A DNA stretch of 52,224 nucleotides, taken from NCBI GenBank assembly GCA_964457475.1, contig CAYWEK010000001.1:1-52224 (forward strand). The letters are read 5' to 3'. The DNA is from Candidatus Woesearchaeota archaeon. Lineage in GTDB: Archaea; Nanobdellota; Nanobdellia; Pacearchaeales; GW2011-AR1. This document shows, piece by piece, positions 43,442-51,344 of this stretch (positions are counted from its first letter, which is position 1; every line of letters begins with the position of its first letter). The position numbers and the translations under genes were made by a program. Below the pieces are notes generated by a model. That model was not told the DNA's origin and searched no databases. It saw only the letters and a list, made by a program, of their open reading frames with translations.

Positions 43442-44314
43442 TCAATTCAAAACAAATTCAGGGACTGCAATAATTTCCTCACTGCCAACGAATTTATAGC
43501 AACCTATAATCTTGCTTTCTGAGAAAATGCAAAACTTCTCGCCTTCTTTTAATTCCTTAATTTCTTTACTGCTCTCCAGAAAATTTGGGAAAATTGGACT
43601 GCCAGTAAATGCTTTTTTGACTACTTGTTTCTTGATGTTAACAATTGGTAGTAAAGTTGCAACAATTTCTGCTGGAATAAGCATCTTTCTAAGAGAAGTT
43701 TCATCTCCTTTTTTATATTCTTCAAGTGCTTTTTCAAAATCATATAAAGTAAATAAATTCTCTTCTGAGAAAATGCCTGCATTTGTTCGACGCAATTCAA
43801 GCATGTGTGCTCCACCAATCTCCCTTCCAATATCATCGCATAATTTTCTAATATATGTTCCTGCTTGGACTTCTGTTCTAAACAATATATCTTTTCCATC
43901 GACTTCTAGGATTTCAAATGATTTAACTTCTCTTTCTCTTATCGTTCTTTTTACGCGGGAGCGTTTTGGAGGCAATTGCATTATTTTTCCTATAAACTTA
44001 TTAATTATCTGATTTAGTTCTTCCTGAGATATCTCTTTATGTAATCTCATTATTCCAATGTAAATCTTATTCCTATGCATAAGATATTCGTTTAAGCGAC
44101 AAGCTCTTCCCAGAAGAATAGGCAGAACGCCGGAAACCATTGGATCGAGAGTCCCCAAATGAGAAGTTTTATTTAAACCAAGTAATTCTCTTATAAAATC
44201 GGATACTGAAAATGATGTTGGGCCAGAAGGCTTATCAATGTTTATTATTCCAAAATGCAAGAGTTCCTTAGTACTTTTACTTTTTTTTATCTTGTCTATG
44301 TCTAATTTTTCCAT
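43442..44314 (-). CDS. cbf5: tRNA/rRNA pseudouridine synthase Cbf5 (archaeal TruB) with PUA domain
   Basis: FGIINIDKPSGPTSFSVSDFIR...SHLGTLDPMVSGVLPILLGRACRL, with a C-terminal PUA-like region. Confidence 0.85.
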   Translation of the reverse strand: MEKLDIDKIKKSKSTKELLHFGIINIDKPSGPTSFSVSDFIRELLGLNKTSHLGTLDPMVSGVLPILLGRACRLNEYLMHRNKIYIGIMRLHKEISQEELNQIINKFIGKIMQLPPKRSRVKRTIREREVKSFEILEVDGKDILFRTEVQAGTYIRKLCDDIGREIGGAHMLELRRTNAGIFSEENLFTLYDFEKALEEYKKGDETSLRKMLIPAEIVATLLPIVNIKKQVVKKAFTGSPIFPNFLESSKEIKELKEGEKFCIFSESKIIGCYKFVGSEEIIAVPEFVLN

Positions 44315-44338
44315 AAACCAATAATCAACAGATGATAT

Positions 44339-45043
44339 TTAAATCTCGCCTTTCAAGTATGCTTTCCTTTTGCTCTCAGAGAATCTTTCAATAGCATATC
44401 TCAGCATTGTTCTTGGCATTGATTTATAATGCTTTTTTAAGAAGTCTTCTTCTATTTTTTGATTCTTTTTTCCTATCTCTCTGAGCATCCAGCCAACAGC
44501 TTTGTGGATTAGATCGTGTTTATCCTTCAATAAAATCTTTGATATTTCCAAAGATTCATTAAACTTATTATTTCTAATGAAGGGAAATGTTGAAATTACA
44601 GCAATACGTTTTTCCCAGATATTTTGAGACTTTGCTAATTTGTATAACACATCAATATTTTTTCCTAAAAGATAGTTTCCTACTATTTCATGCGAGGATA
44701 AATCCACTAGGTCCCAATTATTGATATATTTTGTATTTTTTAGATAAAAATTAAATATTTCGCGCCTTTTTTGAGGATTTTTCTCATAATTATGAACTAA
44801 TATTAAAAGTGCAATAAGCCTTTCTTCATGAATTTTAGATCTGAGCAAAGATTCAACATCTTTCAATGATATGTGTCTATATTTTATTGCAACTTTTCTG
44901 CTTTCTGGCACAGTGATTCCTAAAAAAATATCTCCTTCTCCATATTCTCCCTTTCCTGTTTTAAAATATCTGGCTAAAAGTCTAGCCTTTGTATGGTTAG
45001 TGAGTCCTCGCAATTCTTTTTTTAATTCAGACAATAAAGACAT
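44339..45043 (-). CDS. DNA alkylation repair protein (AlkD/AlkC-like HEAT repeats)
   Basis: KARLLARYFKTGKGEYGEGDIFLGITVPESRKVA and WDLVDLS...IHKAVGWMLREIGK. Confidence 0.7.
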   Translation of the reverse strand: MSLLSELKKELRGLTNHTKARLLARYFKTGKGEYGEGDIFLGITVPESRKVAIKYRHISLKDVESLLRSKIHEERLIALLILVHNYEKNPQKRREIFNFYLKNTKYINNWDLVDLSSHEIVGNYLLGKNIDVLYKLAKSQNIWEKRIAVISTFPFIRNNKFNESLEISKILLKDKHDLIHKAVGWMLREIGKKNQKIEEDFLKKHYKSMPRTMLRYAIERFSESKRKAYLKGEI

Positions 45044-45077
45044 AGAAGTAAGAGAAATAAAGATATTATAATATTAC

Positions 45078-45614
45078 CTATTTCTTTAATGCCATTCTGT
45101 GAATTTGCTGTTCTTTAGCTTTTGTAGTGTGCTTCTGGGCTTTTGTCTGCTGTTCTGCCTGCTTTATGTTTTGCTGCTCAACTGCTTTTTCTTTCTCTTT
45201 CTCATTGGTTTTCTGTTCTTCTGTCTGCTGTTCCTGAGCAGATTCTTCTCTCTTCTCTTCTGGCTTCTTGACTTCTGCTTTCTTATGAGCCTTTAAATTC
45301 TTAATCTTTAGGAAATTAACATATTGCGGAGTCTCAGCAAACTTTACTTGCACAATATCTCCTTCCTTTATTGCTTTGACTTTTATTTTTGCAGGCGGTT
45401 TTGAATGTCCTCTAAACCAGATTTCATTATTCAAATAAACATCGAGCTTAACATTCTTAATATTTCTGTCATCTACTTTCATATGTCTTGCTATAAATTT
45501 CTTTATGGTCATAACTGCTTTTCTTGCTCTCTTATATTCTGGAACATTTACCCACGCTCTTCTCAATGGGATAATATATTCTCTTTCAATTTTTATTGCT
45601 TTTGTATCTGCCAT
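45078..45614 (-). CDS. rpl31e: 50S ribosomal protein L31e (eL31) with a long K/E/Q-rich C-terminal extension
   Basis: EREYIIPLRRAWVNVPEYKRARKAVMTIKKFIARHMKV...LNNEIWFRGHSKPPAKIKVK. About 80 extra residues follow (KKAEVKKPEEKREESAQEQQTEEQKTNEKEKEKAVEQQ...). Confidence 0.8.
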   Translation of the reverse strand: MADTKAIKIEREYIIPLRRAWVNVPEYKRARKAVMTIKKFIARHMKVDDRNIKNVKLDVYLNNEIWFRGHSKPPAKIKVKAIKEGDIVQVKFAETPQYVNFLKIKNLKAHKKAEVKKPEEKREESAQEQQTEEQKTNEKEKEKAVEQQNIKQAEQQTKAQKHTTKAKEQQIHRMALKK

Positions 45615-45618
45615 ATTA

Positions 45619-45819
45619 TTATCCTAGATGAGACTTAGGAGTCCTCCTTGGCTTGATCTTCAACTTTGTTCTTCTCCAATGTCTTCTGTTTTTAGTCATC
45701 TGGGAAGGATGTACTCTTTTACCTTTCCCATATCTTTTCATGACTGCCCAAAATGGAGCCCACTTTGTCTGTCTTTCCTTTACAGCCAACTTGACTTTTT
45801 TTTGATGCTCTGGTTTCAT
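45619..45819 (-). CDS. rpl39e: 50S ribosomal protein L39e (eL39)
   Basis: KWAPFWAVMKRYGKGKRVHPSQMTKNRRHWRRTKLKI. There is a 4-nt overlap with rps19e. Confidence 0.85.
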   Translation of the reverse strand: MKPEHQKKVKLAVKERQTKWAPFWAVMKRYGKGKRVHPSQMTKNRRHWRRTKLKIKPRRTPKSHLG

Positions 45820-46226
45820 TTTACAATGCTCTCCATAAAATCTTTACCTTTCTGAGTTAACTGGCGACCAGCCTTCTTACTTGTAGATTTTTCAGCTAAT
45901 CCTGCTAATTCTGCCTGCTGTAATAATTTTCTTATTATTTTTCCACCCGACTTTGTAAAACGTGGTGGCTTCATTCCCCTATCTTTCCTACCACCATATC
46001 TGGTCCTCAAACGCTGAACACCTACTATTTTATTTATATAAAGTTGTCTAAGAATACTTGCACCTCTTTTATACCAAAAATCTTCATCTAAAATTGGTCT
46101 TTGCTTATGAGTGGACGACTTTACAAAGTCAGCCCATTCTGGCTTTTCAAATTCAGGAATTTTTTTCAAAGCCTCTGCTAGAGCTTTGTTATATTTCCCC
46201 GGTTCAATTGATCTTACATCCGTCAT
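45816..46226 (-). CDS. rps19e: 30S ribosomal protein S19e (eS19)
   Basis: PEWADFVKSSTHKQRPILDEDFWYKRGASILRQLYI...GVQRLRTRYGGRKDRG. Confidence 0.85.
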   Translation of the reverse strand: MTDVRSIEPGKYNKALAEALKKIPEFEKPEWADFVKSSTHKQRPILDEDFWYKRGASILRQLYINKIVGVQRLRTRYGGRKDRGMKPPRFTKSGGKIIRKLLQQAELAGLAEKSTSKKAGRQLTQKGKDFMESIVK

Positions 46227-46312
46227 TTTAATATAATAGGCCGCACTTTTCAGTGCTAGACCGGCTTAAAGCCGTTAAACCTAAATATGACTAAATTAGA
46301 GCGTTTATAAAC

Positions 46313-46573
46313 TTATTCTTTGCTTGAAGTATGTTTATTTAAAATAATAGTGAAACCTATTATTTTGTATCCGAATCTGTTCTTTCCATCCTTACCTAAG
46401 TTGGTTACAATCTCAGTTGCCATATTTTCGATTGAATTTCTATCTCTACCTGAAGATTTTAACATGTTAACTCTGACTTGCTTATGATTCTTGAAAGCCA
46501 AAGTTAGGGAATCAAAAACGCCCTGATTAATGCCATTCTTACCTATCTGGAATTTTATTGGTGGGAGAGTCAT
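46313..46573 (-). CDS. YhbY/CRM-domain RNA-binding protein
   Basis: IKFQIGKNGINQGVFDSLTLAFKNHKQVRVNMLK and GYKIIGFTIIL match the CRS1/YhbY pattern. Confidence 0.65.
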   Translation of the reverse strand: MTLPPIKFQIGKNGINQGVFDSLTLAFKNHKQVRVNMLKSSGRDRNSIENMATEIVTNLGKDGKNRFGYKIIGFTIILNKHTSSKE

Positions 46574-46574
46574 C

Positions 46575-46898
46575 TTATAGGATATTTATAGATCTTTTAA
46601 TTACTACGAATGCGTATGCCCACAAAATTGGCAGCCATATAGGCATAATTCCAAAAAGAGTGTTTCTATTGAAAGTTTCTACACCCATTAATATAAAGAA
46701 AGATTCTGAAACAATCATTATGACAAAACCAAATATCAAAAACAACGCATCCTTCCTTTCATATTTAATAAAAAAACATGCTGCGATTATTAATAAATAA
46801 AGCAGGGTTAGAATGTAATCATTAATTATGTTTGGTATAAGTAAAATCATCAGAATTATAGGAATTGCTTCTGCGATTATTTTCATTACTTTATTCAT
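46575..46898 (-). CDS. Small membrane protein (3-4 TM), unknown function
   Basis: Hydrophobic ORF tightly packed between neighbours, with 1-nt gaps on each side. Confidence 0.45.
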   Translation of the reverse strand: MNKVMKIIAEAIPIILMILLIPNIINDYILTLLYLLIIAACFFIKYERKDALFLIFGFVIMIVSESFFILMGVETFNRNTLFGIMPIWLPILWAYAFVVIKRSINIL

Positions 46899-46899
46899 T

Positions 46900-47490
46900 T
46901 TATTTTTTTGAAATTGAGATTCCGCCTGCCGGAAGAGCAGCTAGAATCTCAGACTGGCTGAAATGATTATCAAGTTCAACAGCAAGTTTGGCTAGAATTT
47001 CCTCTTTCTTAATTTTCCCCGGCTTGATGGATAGCAGAATATCTTTACTATTTTTCACAGATTTTACAGGAACAGCTCTTAATACTGAGTCCTGTTTTAT
47101 CATAACAAGATGTAATGGAGCTGAAATCTTTTGCACTTGACCAGCAACCCCCCATGTTCCCTCAGGCATTTCCCTACTCTTGTAAATCTGTGATGAAGAA
47201 AATATGTGTATTAGTGCTTCTTTCTTCCCTAACTTCCAGGTTTTACCAAAGCATGCTGTAAAGATTGCACATTCCTCAATGTCTCTCTTTGCAATCCTAT
47301 TTACATCGGAAATAATAATTGTAAAAGGACTACCTGGTTCTGCAGTATGCATCACCATATATTCTCGACCAGAGGAGGAGACCTTACTCAAGAGAGAATC
47401 ATTTTGCGCTGAATTTTTCCCACCTATAACAAGCTTTCCTGACAAAGTGTAAAACCATCTGTACTTCTTATAATCTTCAAACTCTTTCAT
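46900..47490 (-). CDS. NFACT-R (DUF814) domain protein
   Basis: LVIGGKNSAQNDSLLSKV...YMVMHTAEPGSPFTII follows the GG.NA.QNE.L...HA...GS pattern of DUF814. Confidence 0.55.
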   Translation of the reverse strand: MKEFEDYKKYRWFYTLSGKLVIGGKNSAQNDSLLSKVSSSGREYMVMHTAEPGSPFTIIISDVNRIAKRDIEECAIFTACFGKTWKLGKKEALIHIFSSSQIYKSREMPEGTWGVAGQVQKISAPLHLVMIKQDSVLRAVPVKSVKNSKDILLSIKPGKIKKEEILAKLAVELDNHFSQSEILAALPAGGISISKK

Positions 47491-47530
47491 AAAAAATCTA
47501 ACAATAGAGGGTTTTTAATTGTTTTTAGAA

Positions 47531-48100
47531 TCAACAGATTGCACCCTGCACTGTTCCTACTCTACTTATTGTAAAATCAAGGTCTTGCGTTGATAATAAT
47601 GTCCCATCCTTAGTTACTTGGACTTGTATTGTTATTGCTCCTTCAGGAGCATTTGAAGGAATATCTATCCTAACAACTTTCTTTGGAATAGAATCTCCAG
47701 GTGCAACTGTTCCAGAATATTGAGATTGCACTATCCATTTTTGAAGTTGATCATTGGTAAGTGAAGATATCCCTGAACGAACACTCGTCACGCTGACCTG
47801 ATAATCTGCTTGGGCTGGGGCTCTTATTCCGCAATAAACTATATTTTCCTGACCTGTAGCCATCTTTATGGGATCGCCCGAAGCACCAATGCATGCGACT
47901 TCACCTCCTGAATCTCCAAAATATTTGTTGATTTCAGAATTCACAGCACCATTTATGTTGCCCGTTAATCCTATTGCACTGCACAATATGCTCCTAATCA
48001 GAACCATTCCGAGTATCAACATGGAAACACCTAAAACGATAATTATAATCGTACTTACCGATAATTCAATTGCCGCTTTTTTATTTTTCATCATTTTCAT
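47531..48100 (-). CDS. Pilin-like secreted protein (class III signal-peptide-like N-terminus)
   Basis: MKMMKNKKAAIELSVSTIIIIVLGVSMLILGMVLI: a basic stretch, small residues, then a long hydrophobic helix with an early Glu. Confidence 0.55.
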   Translation of the reverse strand: MKMMKNKKAAIELSVSTIIIIVLGVSMLILGMVLIRSILCSAIGLTGNINGAVNSEINKYFGDSGGEVACIGASGDPIKMATGQENIVYCGIRAPAQADYQVSVTSVRSGISSLTNDQLQKWIVQSQYSGTVAPGDSIPKKVVRIDIPSNAPEGAITIQVQVTKDGTLLSTQDLDFTISRVGTVQGAIC

Positions 48101-48396
48101 TGTGAACTCTGCAAGGCACTATTAATGTAAGGTGAGAGAACTGTTGTAAGTAATACCCAGAGTAAAATTGAGAGCACAATTCCTATGATTGAAAGAATAA
48201 TTCCTGATTTTGACCAAGAATTTCTGTTCACTCTTCTTTGCTTAAGACCAAAAATGAGAGATATTAACCCAAGAATCACACCTAATGCAGGAATAAATAG
48301 AGAAAATATAATGCTCAGAATACCAAGATTAACTGAAGTAACTCCTAGACTGTTACCATCTTTCACACTCTCTTTTACCATTATTTTTAGAGGCAA
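48097..48396 (-). CDS. DUF4190-like small membrane protein
   Basis: GILSIIFSLFIPALGVILGLISLIFGLKQRR. There is a 4-nt overlap with the downstream pilin-like gene. Confidence 0.5.
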   Translation of the reverse strand: MPLKIMVKESVKDGNSLGVTSVNLGILSIIFSLFIPALGVILGLISLIFGLKQRRVNRNSWSKSGIILSIIGIVLSILLWVLLTTVLSPYINSALQSSQ

Positions 48397-48489
48397 AAGG
48401 GTTTTATAAATATTGCTCTATGGCTCACAACCGATAATGAAAATATTAAAAATAATTAAAGTATTTCTTCTAATCTTCTTTTAAAAAGA

Positions 48490-48582
48490 TTAACGTCTGC
48501 CTTTTTTCTTAGAACGATGAGTACTTCTCTTTTTTGTCTTTTGAGAAGTTTTTTTGGTTTTTCTTCTTGCCTTTTTTGGCAT
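48490..48582 (-). CDS. Candidate 30-aa highly basic peptide (uncertain)
   Basis: My own translation is MPKKARRKTKKTSQKTKKRSTHRSKKKGRR, with AGAGG upstream. It could also be a chance ORF in an A-rich spacer. Confidence 0.25.
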   Translation of the reverse strand: MPKKARRKTKKTSQKTKKRSTHRSKKKGRR

Positions 48583-48647
48583 TTTGTTGTGCCTCTTTGT
48601 AATATTAACAAGTGAAACTTTTATTTAAAGTTATGTAAAAGTAATTA

Positions 48648-48718
48648 TGGGAATAGGGGGAATCGAACCCCCACGGCGCGAGCTTCAATCGCGTGCACTC
48701 CCATTGTGCTATATTCCC
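48648..48718 (-). tRNA. tRNA-Phe (anticodon GAA)
   Basis: Reverse-complement cloverleaf: acceptor GGGAATA/TATTCCC, D arm GCAC/GTGC, anticodon stem CGCGA/TCGCG with loop TTGAAGC, T arm GGGGG-TTCGATT-CCCCC. No CCA is encoded. Confidence 0.9.
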
Positions 48719-48891
48719 GCAAAAAAGTTAAAGAGAACATGCTTTTAAATGTTTTTAAGAAAAATTAATATTAATTCTGTGGTTAGATAAAATAAGATGA
48801 ATAAAGATTGTCAAGTGACGTTACGCTTAACTTGACAGCTGGATAGATTGTCTGCTGAACAGCACTAAGCATTCCAAAATTTCCTTATTAG

Positions 48892-49005
48892 TCACTCAAC
48901 TTCATCATGAAAAAATAATGTTCCGAATGTCAACATAGCAATGCCACCTACTATGGAAACTCCTATCGCTTTCTGAATAGATTGATCTATGTATGATTCC
49001 AACAT
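48892..49005 (-). CDS. Candidate 37-aa single-TM peptide
   Basis: My own translation is MLESYIDQSIQKAIGVSIVGGIAMLTFGTLFFHDEVE. A strong SD is present (aaagaggtgtacttaaATG). Confidence 0.3.
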   Translation of the reverse strand: MLESYIDQSIQKAIGVSIVGGIAMLTFGTLFFHDEVE

Positions 49006-49129
49006 TTAAGTACACCTCTTTTATCTCCTCTTTTTTTATCCAAGCCGAATCCAGTGTAAAAAATTTATCAACGATATAAATTTGTCGACGTAGATATTGT
49101 TATTCTAAAATGCTAACCAAAAATAAAAA

Positions 49130-49438
49130 GAGTCGGAGTAGGCCAGATTTTGTTGAATGCTGTAATCAGACCATTCATGCTGACATCAGTCTTAGCAAGC
49201 GGCTTTGGCTTTTGCATCAGCGAAGTCGCCCGTTTCATCCTTTCTCTCATTTCCTAGCTTCTCACATGATTCATTGCTCTATGAGAGCGGTGTCGTTTCT
49301 GTTGCGGAGCTCAGCTTCACAACTGCTCCCCTTTCGAGGAGTCGCCTTATATGATGTCCGGACCTTCCTCAGAACTTAGAATTCATTACAATTCCTGCCA
49401 ATTTAATGGCAAAGTCCCGAAATCAGCTCTCCGACTCT
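49130..49438 (-). ncRNA. rnpB: RNase P RNA (archaeal)
   Basis: On the minus strand: terminal P1 pairing GAGTCGGAG/CTCCGACTC, CR-I GAGGAAGGTCCGGAC, GCAACAGAAACG, and CR-V-like ACAAAATCTGGCCTAC. Length is ~308 nt. A TATA (atttaaaa, complement of 49462-49469) is centred ~25 nt upstream of the 5' end. Confidence 0.82.
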
Positions 49439-49461
49439 TTAAAATTCAGCGCTGAGAAGGG

Positions 49462-49469
49462 TTTTAAAT
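49462..49469 (-). promoter_or_regulatory. TATA box for RNase P RNA
   Basis: atttaaaa on the minus strand, ~25 nt upstream of the first base of the P1 helix. Confidence 0.5.
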
Positions 49470-49477
49470 GTTACGAT

Positions 49478-49687
49478 TCACCCAAACTTCAAAACCTTGA
49501 AAACAATTTTTTCTGCGCCAAATTCCTCAACTTTCCAGATTCTTTTAGCACCAGAACCAGCATGAAGCTCTATTGTATCAAAAACAATATCTCCGTTTTC
49601 AGGCCCATAGATAGAATATGTTCCGTTTTCAAGAACATTTTTACTTTTTTCTTCCTTATTTTTCACAGCCTCTTTTTGTTCTTCCAT
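49478..49687 (-). CDS. Hypothetical small protein (69 aa)
   Basis: ORF with beta-rich composition (GTYSIYGPENGDIVFDTIELHAGSGAKRIWKVEEF). The overlapping plus-strand ORF is F/L-rich junk. Confidence 0.35.
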   Translation of the reverse strand: MEEQKEAVKNKEEKSKNVLENGTYSIYGPENGDIVFDTIELHAGSGAKRIWKVEEFGAEKIVFKVLKFG

Positions 49688-49727
49688 TGTTTTTCTAGAA
49701 TCATTATATTTAATAATGTTTGTATGA

Positions 49728-50363
49728 TTAAAAGCCTAATTTTTCCTTTACAATAATAAGATTGATCCTGTCTTGCTCAAATTCCTTATTAAATATTAAT
49801 ACCTTACTGACATTACTGCCTGTGTTTATATTATAAGCTTTATTTAATCTGACATTTTCTAATGGAAGAATATAATCGTAAATTCTTTTCATGGCTTCTT
49901 CGAGATTCTTAACTATCTTCTGCGCTCCTGCGACCCATATTACTTTCCCTGCACCATAAGCATAAGCTGGAAGTTGGCTGCCAGTGTTAGAAACAACAAC
50001 TACCTTTCCGTCTTCTGTAATCGCATGAACACTTCCAACAACGAATTCTGGAGAAGAACCTAGCTGCTTCTGCTGCATTTTTTGTGTATTTCTATCAAGA
50101 GAATTCAGTTTATTCCTTAAAGAAGTATAATTGCCTGAATTATTTATTTCTTCAGATAAACTGATGGAATCAAGAGTCACAGAAGTCATCTGCATAACTT
50201 CACTTCCATTAGGAATCAGTTTCAAAACCTCTTTTTTAGCTTCTTCTTTGGTACTAACGACAATAACATTTACGTTTGCCTGTTTAAGTGAATCTATAAC
50301 TTTCTTTATTGCTTCATCAGAAGCAATTTTATCCCATTTTACTACTTTTTTATTATCGGACAT
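49728..50363 (-). CDS. LUD-domain (DUF162/YkgG-like) protein
   Basis: VNVIVVSTKEEAKKEV..., GSVHAITEDGKVVVVSNTGSQL and VIWVAGAQKIV match the LUD/lactate-utilisation C-like fold pattern. Confidence 0.55.
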   Translation of the reverse strand: MSDNKKVVKWDKIASDEAIKKVIDSLKQANVNVIVVSTKEEAKKEVLKLIPNGSEVMQMTSVTLDSISLSEEINNSGNYTSLRNKLNSLDRNTQKMQQKQLGSSPEFVVGSVHAITEDGKVVVVSNTGSQLPAYAYGAGKVIWVAGAQKIVKNLEEAMKRIYDYILPLENVRLNKAYNINTGSNVSKVLIFNKEFEQDRINLIIVKEKLGF

Positions 50364-50393
50364 ACGATATTCAAAGAAAGGTAGTATTTAAAT

Positions 50394-50411
50394 ATATCGG
50401 ATAACCGATAT
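50394..50411. promoter_or_regulatory. Inverted repeat ATATCGG-N4-CCGATAT between the TATA box and the PadR start (operator candidate)
   Basis: 7-bp perfect arms at 50394-50400 and 50405-50411. The TATA tttaaata (50387-50394) is centred 26 nt upstream of the ATG at 50416. Confidence 0.4.
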
Positions 50412-50415
50412 CTAG

Positions 50416-50721
50416 ATGGTTGAGAAAAATAGTGTACCTGCCTGCTGCGATATGCGAGGATTACTTTCATTTTTGATATTATTTTTAATTTCAAAAAAAC
50501 AAATGAATGGACAAGATATTTCCAATGAGCTTGAAAAGAGAAAGGGCGAAAAACCTAGCCCTGGAACGATTTATCCGGCACTGAAGAGTCTTAAGGAATC
50601 AGGATTCATAAAGGAGAAGCAGGAAGGTAAAATGATAACTTATTCTTTAACATCTGAGGGAAAGAAAGCATTAAAAATTGCGAAGCAGAAATTTCACAAA
50701 ACTTTTGACGATGTTTTTTAA
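50416..50721 (+). CDS. PadR-family transcriptional regulator
   Basis: LLSFLILFLISKKQMNGQDISNELEKRKGEKPSPGTIYPALKSLKESGFIKEK...YSLTSEGKKAL. Confidence 0.7.
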   Translation: MVEKNSVPACCDMRGLLSFLILFLISKKQMNGQDISNELEKRKGEKPSPGTIYPALKSLKESGFIKEKQEGKMITYSLTSEGKKALKIAKQKFHKTFDDVF

Positions 50722-50724
50722 TAG

Positions 50725-51276
50725 TTAAAGCCCATAAAACATTCCTTTACTTGTAATTCTGCGAAGATGTCTGTCAGAGGATTCTCTTCTTCTTGGATCG
50801 CCTCCGACATCTTCTGCTTTTAATATTTTATTTAGAGGAACAATCCCCTTATCTTCTACTCTCGCAAAATGATTTCTTAGCATTAGCAATAATGCTTCCT
50901 GAAATAGTTTTTCGTCCAATTCCCCATATCTAGCAATTGCTGCTTTTCTCAAAGAGTCCTCGTCTTCAGGAGATTCTCTAATCAGCATAAACAACTCTGC
51001 CTCCAGTTTTCTCCTTTGAAGACCTCTTTTTCCCACTTTAGTTCCATCCAAAAGAATATATTTGTCATCTCTTAACACCAAAGCATAAGAACCAAGATAA
51101 GCTTCGCCTTCACTATTGCGTATGAGATGAATTATGGGAAGCCTATAAATTTTATTTGATGCTGAACTAACAACGGCTGTTGGCAGACCTTCAAGATTAG
51201 GAGAAACAAAATCATATTTTCTTACTGGATGCCCCGTTGTATAGACTTCTGCACCTCTTTTCACTCTCATTTTCAA
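50725..51276 (-). CDS. Hypothetical protein (183 aa)
   Basis: Clean ORF, no family recognised. Confidence 0.45.
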   Translation of the reverse strand: MKMRVKRGAEVYTTGHPVRKYDFVSPNLEGLPTAVVSSASNKIYRLPIIHLIRNSEGEAYLGSYALVLRDDKYILLDGTKVGKRGLQRRKLEAELFMLIRESPEDEDSLRKAAIARYGELDEKLFQEALLLMLRNHFARVEDKGIVPLNKILKAEDVGGDPRRRESSDRHLRRITSKGMFYGL

Positions 51277-51344
51277 TATATTAAGATAAAATAAGTTTAT
51301 AATAATTGCTATACCAAACTTAAAATAAGATTAGTAATATTAAA

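Noticed and set aside
48830-48860. Hairpin GTCAAGT-N13-ACTTGAC downstream of the 37-aa ORF as a regulatory element
   Set aside because: It is a single 7-bp stem in a spacer. It is most simply a transcript 3'-end structure, and nothing further distinguishes it.
49110-49756. Plus-strand ORFs 49110-49379 and 49406-49756
   Set aside because: They overlap the RNase P RNA (minus strand) and its promoter. Their translations are low complexity and have no start context.
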